From Chrysomallon squamiferum (Eukaryota; Animalia; Mollusca): DNA of 64,000 bases. Below the pieces are notes generated by a model that worked only from the letters and a program-made list of their open reading frames with translations, had not been told where the DNA came from and did not search any database. The position numbers and the translations under genes were made by a program. This document shows positions 12,301-24,879 of the stretch, piece by piece; the first letter of the stretch is position 1, and every line of letters begins with the position of its first letter. The stretch covers positions 16,616,001-16,680,000 of the forward strand of contig CM022667.1 in assembly GCA_012295275.1 (NCBI GenBank), read 5' to 3'.

Positions 12301-15050
12301 AAATAAGTGGAGTCAATCAATAAATGAATTATCGTTGTTGTTGTTGTTGCTTTGTGTACCTGAATGTATCTATATGTATATTCTAATCAAAACAATTTAG
12401 GGTCAGATGATATATTCGTCATTATTTTCTGAATGTCCATTGTGCTAGCTAATTAAAATGTGATCTTGAATTGAAATCCGCGTTCATTGTCAACTAGTTT
12501 AATTGTCAAAACGTACTTGCTCTGGTACTCAAACTAAGATCAACGTCAAATGTACGTTTTCACAAATTGTTTCATTTGCAAGTTTGCACATGCATTTCAC
12601 GTTCACGACTCATACTTTTTCCATAATGGAAGCTGTATGAATCTACGGTACACCTTACACTATCGATGAGAAGTTGGCTTTAGGCTGGCAGTAAACAAAG
12701 AAATATTTGTTTAGAAACTTAAGTCATTCAGAGCGTCAGTGGTCGAGTTTGGTAACTTTACCAAGCAGAGAATGCTGTTCGGCTGTGGGACAAAATCACA
12801 AGTTCGATGGAGGCAAACACACGACACTGGGTTCCCCCACTGGACCGCTCTCTGAGATAAAGTGAATTATGATAATATAATGTAATATAATGTAATATAA
12901 TATAATATAATATTTTAAGATTTTACTTATCTGACTGTATCCCTGTCGTGTCAGTCAGTGTAGTGTATTCAGTCAGTGTCAGTCAGTGTCATTGACTGTA
13001 GTGTATTCAGTCAGTGTCAGTCAGTGTAGTGTATTCACTCAGTGTCAGTCAGTGTAGTGTATTCACTCAGTGTCAGTCAGTGTCATTGACTGTAGTATAT
13101 TCAGTCAGTGTATGTATGCACTCAGTGTCAGTCAGTGTCAGTCAGTGTCAGTGTAGTGTATTCAGTCAGTGTCATTGACTGTAGTATACTCAGTCAGTGT
13201 ATGTATTCAGTCAGTGTCAGTCAGTGTCATTGACTGTAGTATATTCAGTCAGTGTATGTATTCACTCAGTGTCAGTCAGTGTCATTGACTGTAGTATATT
13301 CAGTCAGTGTATGTATTCACTCAGTGTCAGTCAGTGTCATTGACTGTAGTATACTCAGTCAGTGTATGTATTCAGTCAGTCAGTGTCATTGACTGTAGTA
13401 TACTCAGTCAGTGTATGTATTCACTCAGTGTCAGTCAGTGTCATTGACTGTAGTATACTCAGTCAGTGTATGTATTCACTGGGTGTAATGTATTCAGTCA
13501 TCTAGTATGTTCAGTGTAGCTTATTCACTTATACGCTGCTCTTCTTAATTCGTTCTCTTTTTCTCGACTTTCTCTCCACACAGACACACACACACACACT
13601 CTCATATATATTAAATTTATTAATTTGTTTTCTATGTTTTCTATACTTTCTATTATAGTGTAATTTGTTATTGTTTATTTGTTAGCAGCAGAAACAACAG
13701 CAACAACATCACTTATGGAATCATCCACTACGCGGTTGATAACACCAGCTGAGATCTCAGTCACCACTCAGACAGAATTAGCGACAAAAAACAAAACAAC
13801 AACAAACATAACTCCGTCTAGAAAGCCAACGACTACTGCAGTTAATACCACAGCAACCTCAAATACAACAAACATAACGTCGTCTACAACAGCAACGACT
13901 TCTGCAATTAATACCAAGGCAGCCCCAACAACGTATGCAACTACAACGCCGTCATTGACTTCAGTGAGTACTTCTACATCAACAGAAACAACATCTAAAC
14001 AAAAAATGTCAAAAAGAACATCACCAACAACGACTTCAAGAACCAATGGCGCAACAACATCAAGAACATTATCAACATCTTCGATTACTTCTACCACAAC
14101 AGCATCTGAAAGTGGTAAATAGTTGTCATGATGAAGTTAATGAGTGCTGAATTTCTGTTGGCACACTGCCCAAGATGAATAGTATAAATATAATAAATAA
14201 GAAGAACACGGCAAAGTTATGATGATGATGATGATGATGACGATGACAATAGTAACAAATTATGATGATAACGATGATAGTAATAATAATGATAAATACA
14301 ATAATAATGATGATGATGATGATTATGATAATAAAAAAAAAAAAGTAATAATAACAAATTGATTCAGATTAATAATGAATTAAAGTTTTCGTTCAGCATT
14401 TTTTATTTTATTAATGCTTGTAAATGTGAGAATGTTATTATGTAATGATTGTCTGTGAAGATTTCCATAAACACTACATTAATGAAATTAAACTTGTAAC
14501 AATCTAGAAATCATCTAAACCAGATATTAACACGGGCAGGCACACACAACACACATACTAAACACTCATATTTATATATGTAATATTCATTTATTTCCAT
14601 TCCCTTATTGAATAGTTTTATTCTCTCATCACAGAAGGATCCAGTCTGGATCAGAATAAAGGAACAAGTCCAGAAACAACTGCAAAGCCAACATTTGCGA
14701 CATCTACGACCTGGTCAACAGCTGCTACAGTTATACCACCAAACGCATCCAGTGGCAACATGTGTTACGTTCTGCGGTCTATGACGAGTGAATATGAAGG
14801 TTCCTGTCGTTGTATACGTAAATATATCCCTGGAGACGTCACCGAGATAAAACGAAATGCTCTCCCGCCTTTCAAACACTTGGTATATGACAAACGAAAC
14901 CTGACAAAGTACAAGAGGCAGTTCTACAGTGTTCCAGACAACAGACCTGTCTGTGTGACAATTGGCACCTCCTCCTTCATTCTACTCTTTGGACTTGCAG
15001 CTTTCGTAATCGTCTCAGATTTAATGAGATTTGCTAGTCAGGCATCGTAA
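4292..15050 (+). CDS. Multi-exon type I membrane mosaic protein (~963 aa): SP-CCP-CCP-F-type lectin-like-CCP-degenerate discoidin-like-kringle-kringle-degenerate kringle-Thr-rich stalk-TM
   Basis: Exons read from splice sites, all phase 1, internal exons multiples of 3: 4292-4346, 4972-5157, 5554-5733, 6114-6317, 8139-8330, 9010-9195, 9646-9759, 10272-10481, 11021-11266, 11514-11765, 12037-12258, 13686-14114, 14635-15050 (2892 nt). Starts MNFKLLFLCSGLFGIYKT and ends ...IGTSSFILLFGLAAFVIVSDLMRFASQAS*; AATAAA at 15100. Least certain boundaries: acceptor 8139, donor 10481 and the exon-1 donor. Confidence 0.85.
4972..5733 (+). CDS. Two CCP/sushi exons (4972-5157, 5554-5733)
   Basis: CPEPAPVANA...VTYKCVYGY...RTC...FSGTEPVC and CGKPAIVAGA...ATYHCWDGY...RTC...WNGEPLIC match the 4-Cys sushi consensus; AG/GT boundaries. 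Confidence 0.88.
6114..8330 (+). CDS. F-type lectin (fucolectin/FTP, F5/8C-like) domain split over exons 6114-6317 and 8139-8330
   Basis: ATQSST...A..AVDG...CSST....NPWWM, then C...VDC...G..LKV...SLEICNVVIFG, which is the FTP-domain signature. Confidence 0.75.
7126..8003. mobile_element. Non-autonomous Tc1/mariner (Tigger/pogo-like) MITE, 878 bp, intronic
   Basis: Left CAGTATACCCTCACCTATTCGCGG vs right (revcomp) CAGTATTCCCTCGCTATTCGCGG; TA on both flanks (7124-25, 8004-05); subterminal TATTCGCG repeats; no transposase ORF. Confidence 0.85.
9010..9195 (+). CDS. Third CCP/sushi exon
   Basis: GCDKP...FGSVATYNCEE..GFYF.SG....VKC....EW....MRC; canonical splice sites. Confidence 0.8.
11021..11765 (+). 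CDS. Two kringle exons (11021-11266, 11514-11765)
   Basis: Each has EC...Y.G....T..G..C..W...NYCRNP.....PWC(Y/F)......(W/Y)..C....C, with 6 Cys. Confidence 0.92.
12730..12912 (+). mobile_element. Possible tRNA-derived SINE remnant
   Basis: A-box-like TGGTCGAGTTTGG (12740), B-box-like AGTTCGAT (12801), ending in a (TAATA/TAATG)n tail at ~12873-12912; no TSD identified. Confidence 0.3.
12945..13510. repeat. CAGT-rich intronic minisatellite, ~55-bp higher-order unit
   Basis: Repeated unit CAGTGTCAGTCAGTGTCATTGACTGTAGTATA(T/C)TCAGTCAGTGTATGTATTCACT, with shorter variants at the 5' end. Confidence 0.9.
13686..14114 (+). CDS. Thr/Ser-rich mucin-like stalk exon
   Basis: ORF 13679-14122 is T/S-rich but not a simple repeat; acceptor TTAG at 13685, donor G|GTAAAT at 14114. 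Confidence 0.85.
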
Positions 15051-15489
15051 AAGGTAAACATCGGAAAAATTCAAACTTTGAAAGTACAAAAATATTTAGA
15101 ATAAAAACGGATTAATCAGGACGGCCATTTTGTAAGCTTAAAATAATTTTAAATTATAATTTACAAGCACACATTTTATTTTATTATTATTATTATTTTT
15201 TTACTTTATTTTATTATTTTAATTTTTATTATTATAATTATTACTTAGTTTTAGATAATTATTAATGTTTTAAGTAAATTATATTTAAATGATCAGTTTT
15301 TACCTATATTAAAATATCTGAAATTAATAAAATGTCTTAACAAAAGATCTGAGAATTCAAAATAAAAGATAATACTATTACAGTTACTGATAGAAATATC
15401 CAGAGTATTAGCATAATAAGAAAGTGAAACAAAGTTTTCTAGCTGCTTTTCCTTCATACTGCAGTTTCGTGTTCTTATATCTTAAGCAC

Positions 15490-15537
<48 letters not shown>

Positions 15538-16489
15538 TTGTCGAAATTTAAAAATATTTATTATTACATAATGATTATTAAATTTATTTATTATTGTAGC
15601 TAATATAAAAGGGTACACTTATTACAGTTTTTATATTATTTTTACTATTAAATTAGGATTATTATACAATATTACTAATATTATTGTTTTGTGTTTTTAA
15701 AATGTGTCATTGCATCAGCTTAATTTTCTTACTGGTATTTTAACATTATTACTGTTGTGCAATATTATATTGTCATTTTATATTTTCTGTATTGTCGTTT
15801 TAAAATTATTTTATAGCAGTCAGTTTATTTTTTTTTTATTGGCATTTTAAGGTTATATAATTAAATTATTTAAGATTCGTATGCTGTAATTGTTTTAGAT
15901 AATTATTTAATTGTGATTTTAATCCTATTTATTCTCATTGCATCACGGTTAGGTTTATCCTTCCTATATTTTACTATATTAAGTAAAACAAAAATTATTT
16001 TATTAAATATATTCTTTCAAAATGTTGTAAAATATATAAAATGTTGTAGCTCACATGTATGTATGATATAATACGTTAAATAAATAAATCGTGTTTATTC
16101 ATTCATTTGTTTATTTATTTATGCATGTACTTATTTGTTTATATTTTTGTTTGTTTTTTTAATTAAACAATAATAGTTTAACTCTGAATTTTCTATCTTA
16201 ACAACGTCATATTAAGATTTAGTGCATCAATTGTTTTTCTTTTAGCGATCAGAATGGAAGCAAATTGTGTTCAAATACTCAAAAAGGGATGTATTCATAT
16301 TACAGCGCCAAACTATTTTAAAACTATTTGTTGTATTTATCTCACCAAAACTTTATCTTCCTTTTTGTTTAAAATCTGAATTAAGATAGTAATTATGCTC
16401 GATTAAAATGACAGTCAGAATAGCAGTTAACAGAAAACGTTGTTTTTTTTTTTTTGTCTTATTACCATTATTTTATTGATTTATTTATT

Positions 16490-16540
<51 letters not shown>

Positions 16541-16916
16541 TTTGTAGAAAGAAAATCTTAGTAAGACTGAGTCTTGATTAATGCTTGCAGAGTCATCTCC
16601 CATCAACTAAGAATTTCGAAATATTTATTTCGAATAATAATAATAATAAGAATAAGAATAAGAATAAGAATAAGAATAAGAATAATAAATAAATAAATAA
16701 ATAAACGTAGTAGTAGTAGTAGTAGCAACATAAACATAGAGTTCTAGTAAAGAATAACCAGAAGACAGGTTTCTCTTCACAGATTTTGTAATGAATGACC
16801 TGTGAAATTTAAATTAACGGACGAACGGAAAGGATAGTTAAGACTGAGTCCAAATTGGACATTTTCGCAGTTACATACCTTTCATCTGATGTTTTGATTA
16901 TTATTATTATTATTAT

Positions 16917-16953
<37 letters not shown>

Positions 16954-18107
16954 AGAGATCGTTAATGTTAAAAAAATATGCGTAGATGTAGGTACTAAAA
17001 AACACCAGCAATAACAGTAATAATAATAAAAAAAATAATAATAATAATAATTAATTGTAGTAGTAGTAGAGTACAGTAATAGTAGTAGTAGAAACAAGAA
17101 CAGCTGATTTGTCAAAATTCTTAAGGTTAGGGAATTAAAGCTAAAGGGACATAACTCAGAAAAAGATTCATAGACATGATAAAAATCTTAATGTGTCACA
17201 CTTCAGTTCCGTTAATTTAAAATAGTATACAGATGTTAATAATAAGAAAACAAACAATGATAATGCATTAGTTATACCCCGCCATGCGTCATTAATCTGT
17301 GCCTCGACAACCAGGATATTGACGTAAACAGGACGTAATGCTTTAAAAATGACTTAAAATAACGAAAAACAGCGTAAAGCTACGGTAAATACCCGCGAAA
17401 GAAAATAATTACTGAATTGCTAAATATTCCTGAAAAAAAAACAACACATTTTAGGTACTTGTTTTTAAACAGAAAGTAGAACAGTTAACAAAACCATCCA
17501 ACGGAAGAACGACACAATGAACATTGTGATCCCCACCGTCCACATCGTTGATGGCACCCTACATGTCGACCACCCTTCAAACAATGCAAACAATAAAAAC
17601 AATATAGAACCTAATCAAGATCACTACTACATTTGTTGACAACCGCATCTACAACAGCAATGCCAGCATCATATGAAAGGTAGTAATTTTTTGGAGGACA
17701 TATCTACGCTCTCAGACATCAGTATAAGTAAACTGACGAAATTAAAAACGACGACAACAGCGCAGATGTCTGCACAAAGTGAAATTATATTTAGGTCTAT
17801 TTAAACCAGTGGTTCCCAACCTTTCAAATATAACAACCCATTTTAGGAAGCGACCCCAATCCTTAAAATATCTTATATATGCATTCATTTTTTTTTTTGT
17901 ACAACAAACTGCCATATATTGCGATTATTGAATTATAGATTATTTATTCGTGAAGTAACTATACATTCCGTAAATTCATGATTAATTTCAAATTTATTCA
18001 TAAAAAATTCCAAAGCTCCTACAAACATTAATTAATTGCAAATCAATTCAAAATTATTCGAACACATAAATTTCCACCGTTATGTAAAGTATGTTTATGA
18101 ACTGACC

Positions 18108-19865
18108 TTAATGAGACGGCTGGTATTGCAGTTTTTTAGCTAGCAATTCTATCCTGGGCTCCGTTGTCGATATAGCACACCTCAAGTCGTCTTCCACATT
18201 TAATTTATTTCGGTACTTGTTTTTAAGGATGAGAAGTTGGGAGAATGCTGCTTTACATAAGTAAGTTGTTGGGAACGGCAATAAATTCCTTATTGCGATT
18301 TCTGATATTACTGGGAATTTTTTGAAACTTTTTGCCCAAAATTCTTGTAGTTGCAGTTCACCAAACCATTATTTAGCTTCAAAATTGTTTGTTAAGTCGA
18401 TGAACTCTTCTTCTGCTGCTTCAGGGACATCAGATACACTGGCATTGAAAGGGTTGATTGTAAGGGAGAAAGATTTGCAACATTCATCAGGAAAATAACT
18501 TCTTATTTGAACAGTAAGATTTTCCAAATGTTCTTGTATCAAGCCATAGAAGTCATCGATGTTAATTTCATTTGCCGCTTCTTCAACAAATTGGGCAAGT
18601 GTTGGGAACATGTATAATTTCTTTTGGTTAATTTTGGTGATCCAGAGTTCCAATTTCATTTTGAAAGACGATATCTTTTCAGACAAAGATATTATCGTAC
18701 TTTCCTTACCCTGTAATCCTGTATTATAAAATATCTCAAAAATGTCGACCAGGTATGCCAATTTGCACAACGTAAATTCATCCGTAAACAATGATTTATA
18801 TTCGATTGCATTTTGAGAAGCGAGAAATATTTGCAGCTCTCCTCTCAATTCAAAAAATCTCTTCAACGCCTTTCCTTTCGAGAGCCACCTTACCTCTGTG
18901 TGAAACAATAGTGTTTCATGCATTGAACCCAAATCTTCACATAAAACTTTGAAGAGCCGTGTTACAAGTGGCCTTGATTTAACGACATTTACTGCTTTAA
19001 TCACTCGGTTAAGCACTTCTTTGAATGGTTCAGGTAACGTCTTGGTAGCTAATACTTGTCGATGAATCATGCAGTGAGTCCCAATTACTTCTGCAGTCAC
19101 TTTTTTAACTAACGATTGGAAGCCAGACTTACAGCCGAGCATTACAGACCCGTCAGTACAAACTCCGCACAATTTCTCCCATTCGATTGAATGTTCTTTG
19201 AAGAAATCATCAATTAAATCAAAAATATCAGCAACAGTAGTTGAAGTTTGCAGAGGCTTACAAAACAAGAAATCTTCTTTAATTTTTTCATTTTTATAAT
19301 AACGAACATACACAAGAAGTTGTGCAAAGTTTGTCACATCAGTAGTTTCATCAAGCTGTATGCTGAACAGCCCAGTTGGAGTTTCTTTTAATTCTTGAAT
19401 AATTTGGCATAAAATATCCTCGGACATATCTGTTATCCTTCGTTTTACCGTATTGTTTGACACGGATAGAGGCGATAATTTATTTACTGCTTCAGGACCG
19501 ATCATGGTGCATGGAAAAATAAGATTCTCAGCTATTGTGTGTGGTTTTTTAGAACGTGGTATTCTTAATGCAACCGTGTATGAAGCTTCAATGGCGGCTA
19601 AATTTTTGTTTTGAAATAATCCACTGCTATCAAGCCGGCGGCTTTTGACACCAACAACTTTTGCTTTAAAAAAGTCAATACTTTTATCTTTCAAATCAGG
19701 GTGCTTAGTTTGCAGGTGTCTTTGAAGTTTAGCTGGTTTCATAGACTCATGAGCAAGAACTTCCAAACATACTACACACTGTGGTCTTTCCACACCTGCA
19801 ATAACTATGTCAGTGAATCCCCACTTCAAGAAATCATCGCTGTACTTTCTCTTTCTTACACTCAT
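18108..19865 (-). pseudogene. Inactivated Buster-type hAT transposase
   Basis: BED-type zinc finger (CVVC...L.RHL.TKH), SIQLDETTD, CTDG, HCMIHR, HTEVRWLSKG. In-frame TAA at 18369-18371, after which the frame continues (FWAK...LLPFPTTYLCKAAFS...KNKYRNKLNVEDDLR...QPSH*) to 18108. The catalytic YLCE reads YLCK. Confidence 0.92.
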
Positions 19866-19946
19866 TTTTAAAGGGTTAAGAATCACTCAAACAAAACTAA
19901 CTACGTGTCACTGCAAGTGCGAGTACAACACTAGGTAAGTGGGAGG

Positions 19947-20184
19947 CAGTGTTGCCAGATGGCTCATACAGAAATCGGCTAGAACTAGCTTTGAAAATGT
20001 CTAAAAACTGGCTAGACTTAATAGTAAATGGCTAAAGAAAACGGCTAAATTTATCTGTGCATTTTTATGAATAGTTTCTCAAGTATTCTTACAAAAAATC
20101 TAGCCACTAAATGAGTTTTTTTTCGGCCAGATGCTGCCAAATTTGGCTAAATCTAGCCGGAAATCAGCTAATTTGGCAACACTG
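19947..20184. mobile_element. Nested 238-bp hAT (Tip100-like) MITE inside the Buster element
   Basis: TIR CAGTGTTGCCA at both ends; perfect 8-bp TSD GTGGGAGG (19939-46, 20185-92); internal GGCTA(G/A) motifs. Confidence 0.92.
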
Positions 20185-20477
20185 GTGGGAGGAGCGACAG
20201 TGGTGGCGCGACCAAAACAAAACAGAAACCAAACATGTTCAATACTGGCTCAGATGTTGTGTTGAGTGACTTAGGGAACTGTTACATTTAGTTTCATATA
20301 ACTGTTACATTTAGTTTCATTGAATTTATATAACTGTCTTAATATGTTTTTCACCGTGTTTTATATAATATTCACATTCGGCTCAAAATCAATTAACGAC
20401 CCCATTTGGGGTCGAGGCCCACAGGTTGGGAACCACTGATTTAAACGATGACTGAAATTTTTAATAACTGGTATCAG

Positions 20478-20518
<41 letters not shown>

Positions 20519-20529
20519 ATTATTATTAA

Positions 20530-20605
<76 letters not shown>

Positions 20606-21556
20606 ACAATGACCATTTATATATACACATATCTATTTTTTATCATCATATGTAGTTCCACTTTTTCATTATAAATTAATCTGCAATTTATTGTTCACTG
20701 CTACTGTAATTTAATAAAAAAATACGATCATAGCTTTATTAATAAGAGTGTCTTTATCTTTTGCAGTAAAACCTAGATTTGAAAACGCTGTATCAAACGC
20801 TGGATAAAATAAAAGGGACAACGCAATATAAACAATACAAGAAGGTGTTTCTAATTCAGTGTCAGTTATTCTTCATTTCTATTTATAGCTTTTCTTCCTT
20901 TCAAAATTAGTTTGATTCTTTATTTGTTAGATAATTACTTCTGGTGTGTTATTTATTTTTTCCACAATATTTTACTTATTCACACTTCATAACATATGAG
21001 ACAGAATATATAGCAATCTGAAACAGAAAGTTAACAAAACAATTGGTTATTTAATTTTCATTATCGTCTTCAATTCTTTAATACCAAGTTAAAAGATTTT
21101 ATTTCCCTTCGAGAATTTTTAACTTTTACATCTACTCTTAATAATTCTAGTTTACTGTCATGACAAAAATCCACAGATCTCTTGTGGAAATTATGAGACA
21201 AGAATAAAAATCGATTCCAGTGCAAGACCAACAGCAAGAAATTAAATGATTTTAATATTGTTATTTATTTATTTACTTACTTACTTACTTATTTACTTAC
21301 TTGTTGCTTTTTTATTTATTTATTTAATTATTTATTTAGTTAGTTGTGTACTTACTTATTTTCTTACTTACTTACATACTGATGTTGTTTTTGTTAATAC
21401 TACTATTTCAGTACTAGTAAAACTGTTAGTAGTAATAGTGGCAGCAAAAGAAGAAGCAGCAGCAAAATTAGTACATGTTGTTGAACTCGATGATAATAAT
21501 GATGATTTTATCAATATAGACATGTTAAATATAAATAATTTTGCCATGGGAAAAGG

Positions 21557-21663
<107 letters not shown>

Positions 21664-21732
21664 GTTGAAGATTTCAAACATAATGAAGTAACGAAAATTC
21701 AAAAGTTATTCAATAACAAACAATTAACATAT

Positions 21733-21771
<39 letters not shown>

Positions 21772-21870
21772 TTTTATTTATTTTATTTCCGGACAGAAGT
21801 TGTAAGAGTTCATCTTAATTCTTCGGTACTTTTATTGCAGTTGTTACTTAAATTATTCCGTGTTGTAGTG

Positions 21871-22297
21871 TTACGGCTCTGGAAAAAAAATAAAATATAT
21901 ATATATATATTTACACAAAAAAATAAAATTGTATAGAGATATAACATGCACAACGGAGCTGCTGTAAATGACATATAGCACGCAAAACTATGCACCCATA
22001 CACACAGCCATAAATACACATCAAAGACTACAAAGATAATATGTGCGCAGAGAGGCATATACATATATATATATGTATGTTTACAAGACTTTCTAAGTGT
22101 CTTACCTGGTGTTGTCGTTGCTTATACTGCTGGGTCTATCGATGTTTCTTCTGATGGGTCTATCGTCGTCGCACATAAGCTTACTCTGCAGTGAACTCTG
22201 TTTCCCTCTGGACTTAGTTCACAGTAGCAATCTTCGTAACAGCGATTTACCGGTGGCACGGGTCCGAGCGGATATATTTTCCCGTCATAATAACATA
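21871..22297 (-). pseudogene. Array unit 0: orphan 6-Cys half-VWC/pacifastin-like exon (22106-22297) plus terminal mini-exon (21871-21878)
   Basis: CYYDGKIYPLGPVPPVNRCYEDCYCELSPEGNRVHCRVSLCATTIDPSEETSIDPAV*ATTTP; 192-nt phase 1-1 exon with AG/GTAAG; in-frame TAA after the domain; no signal exon found directly upstream. Confidence 0.7.
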
Positions 22298-24879
22298 CTG
22301 GACCAGAATAGTAAAGTGAATTTTAATTTGTCTACATATTTCTTGAAAATCAATATAGTTAAGGTAAAAAGTGCAGACTAGGGTCACCTGTACCCGACAA
22401 TAATATACATTATAAAAATATTATTTTATTATATTTGTTTTAAGTGTAGTTTCTTCTACATAACAACAACCGCATTGTTGTCTAATAATTAAATGTTTTC
22501 TTCTTTTTTTACATTTTGTTTTCTTTTCCAGTGATACTTGTTAATTTTTCAAATAATAAGTCAGTTATAAATAATACTCATAGCAAGATTTATATTCTAA
22601 TTTTCTGTACAATTACAGTTCAGAGGAAATACGGATGTGCCGTTTAAATAGGTCAGAAATGAAAGGATTAAATACAGTTTTCGGATTTGTTCTGTGACAG
22701 CATTTTAAAAACATCGACATACTTTAAATCGAAATGTCAGTGAAAATATTGCAGAACATATCCATTCTTTTCGTGTATACCCTTTATACACCACATCGCA
22801 TCTTGAAAATTATTAGGTAGTGTGGATACGCTATTGAATCAAGATTGAACTGTTAAATATTTATTCAAATACCAAAAGAACAGTCTTTAAATCACATAAT
22901 AATCGCGAACTTTTGGCATTCGTTGCAGTTTTGGAAACTGTGAAAGTGACAGTGTAAAAATATTTTATATAAAAAGTAATTTTGGCAAAAAAAAAAAAAA
23001 AATAATAATAATAATAATAATAACAAAAAAATAAATACAAAATAATTAATTAACTTCGACCAATAATAACGCTAAGAAATGATAACGTGATAATCCAAAA
23101 TGTTCAGATGATCACGGTTATCATCACGGTTATTTTATATATAACAAAAATATTAAATTCAAACTTTATAATGGAGTAGGTAGGATAACGGTATGTTTGT
23201 GGACACCAGTAAACGCAGAAAATGAAATTTTCAGCTTGGACTGAAAAGTCACTTTTTGAAATATATCTATATATCACTACACATGTTTTTCTGTGTTTTT
23301 CATCGGAATTACAATCAACCTTTTCACCTTTATTTACGTTTTAGTAATTGTCACTTTCAAAGCGTCATAAATATATAGCGTTGTTGTTTTTAGGCATTAC
23401 AGTTATTATTGAGACAGGCGCGTCAATAGCAAATTGCGATTCGGGTCAAATAGGTGACTTTTAGTTTTTTGGTGACTTAAATCTCTGACTCTGTCTACTT
23501 TCAGGACCTCTGTTTTATCAAAAATATCACTTTCATGAGTTAAAAATACATCTAGTAACACTAACACTCTGAAAAGTGTATGTAAACTTGAAGTGTATCG
23601 CCCTATGATCAAGTATAGAATACGAAACTGATCTAGATTACCTCCCCTCTAACTATTTCCAAGACTTTCGTTGTAGAACCTAGGTTGTATTCAAATAGTG
23701 GCTCATTTCCACTTAACAGGATGTTCAGTTTCTGCTTGACAGCGATTTCAGAAAAATAGCTCCTGTGAAGAAACCTACACAGAAAGAGGCTGTGAAAGAC
23801 AAGTAATCGTGAAGAAACATGCAGTTTATACAAACCTGTGAAAAGCAAATAAGCAAAGCTGCACTGTGGTGAGAATCCGACTCAGTCGCCTTCAACCAGA
23901 ACTTCGTCTTTGACGAAGACACCGACTATATACTTTAGGGAATAGTTGTCTCAATCATTTTAATACAATTAACGGTGGTTTATTCGTAAACCTGCCTCAC
24001 TAAATCAGAGACAGGACAGTTGATCATGGACACATTGTCTCTAAATCCAACGAATCAGTATCGTATATCTCATGTCAGAACGCGAATTCTATCTAAGTTG
24101 GTGCGCTCCGTTTTCATGCCATTAATTATTACAAGATTCTGCCTACAAGAAGCAATGGCAATAGCGGTAGTTGCTTATATTGTTGTCTAAATTTTAAATA
24201 TGTAGTATTGAGATTCACAAGGGGTTTCTTCTTTTATTTTTCATTTGATGTTTCTAACACTGGAAGTAAAATATCAATAATGTAAGAACATTTTAAATTT
24301 TCGGAGAAAACAAATATCAGGTACGATGGATCAGGATATCATTTTATATAGACTACTCAAATTCGGAGAATACGACCCCAACCTTCATCCATTTACATAC
24401 ATTGATTTCTACTTCTTCTTCTTCTTCTTCTTCTTAGCAATAACAGTGGGTGTCTATAGTGTTGTTTAAATGTATCTTTACAATATAATTAATTAAACAA
24501 ACTGTCTTGAAAACTCTCTCGCTCTCTCGGACACTGAGACACAAATGTAATTATCCGTCTATAGTGCATGAAAAACATGCATATTTTCAAAGCTGCTTCA
24601 GTGACACTGACAAAATTGTCCTCAAAGTGTAATCATTGATTAAATATGGTGAAACGCAAAACAAGGAACGGTTTGGTTCGTAATATAGCAGAGATAATCT
24701 GGACGTTTGAGGTAAAGAGAACACAGCAATCCATTAAATAAAAAAAAAAAAAATTAATAACAAACATTTTATTTATTTATTTATTTATTTATTTAGAGAC
24801 AAATGTTAGAAGAGTTCATTTTAGTTCATCTGTGCTTTTAACACCGCTGCTACTTGAATTATTTGGTGTTTGGTAGTAT

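Larger units (their letters stand above)
17807..20438 (-). mobile_element. Full-length hAT transposon, Buster/Charlie subgroup (2632 bp)
   Basis: 16-bp perfect TIR CAGTGGTTCCCAACCT at both ends; perfect 8-bp TSD ATTTAAAC (17799-17806, 20439-20446) with central TA typical of Buster; internal ZBED5/SCAND3-like transposase. Confidence 0.96.

Noticed and set aside
12945-13510. Repeat array considered as CRISPR-like
   Set aside because: No unique spacers, no cas genes, eukaryotic intron context.
13768-14097. Val-rich minus-strand ORF
   Set aside because: Antisense shadow of the Thr-rich mucin exon.
17470-17680. GC-richer stretch bounded by AG and GT next to the hAT insertion
   Set aside because: Stops in all three plus frames read; no recognisable domain or partner exons.
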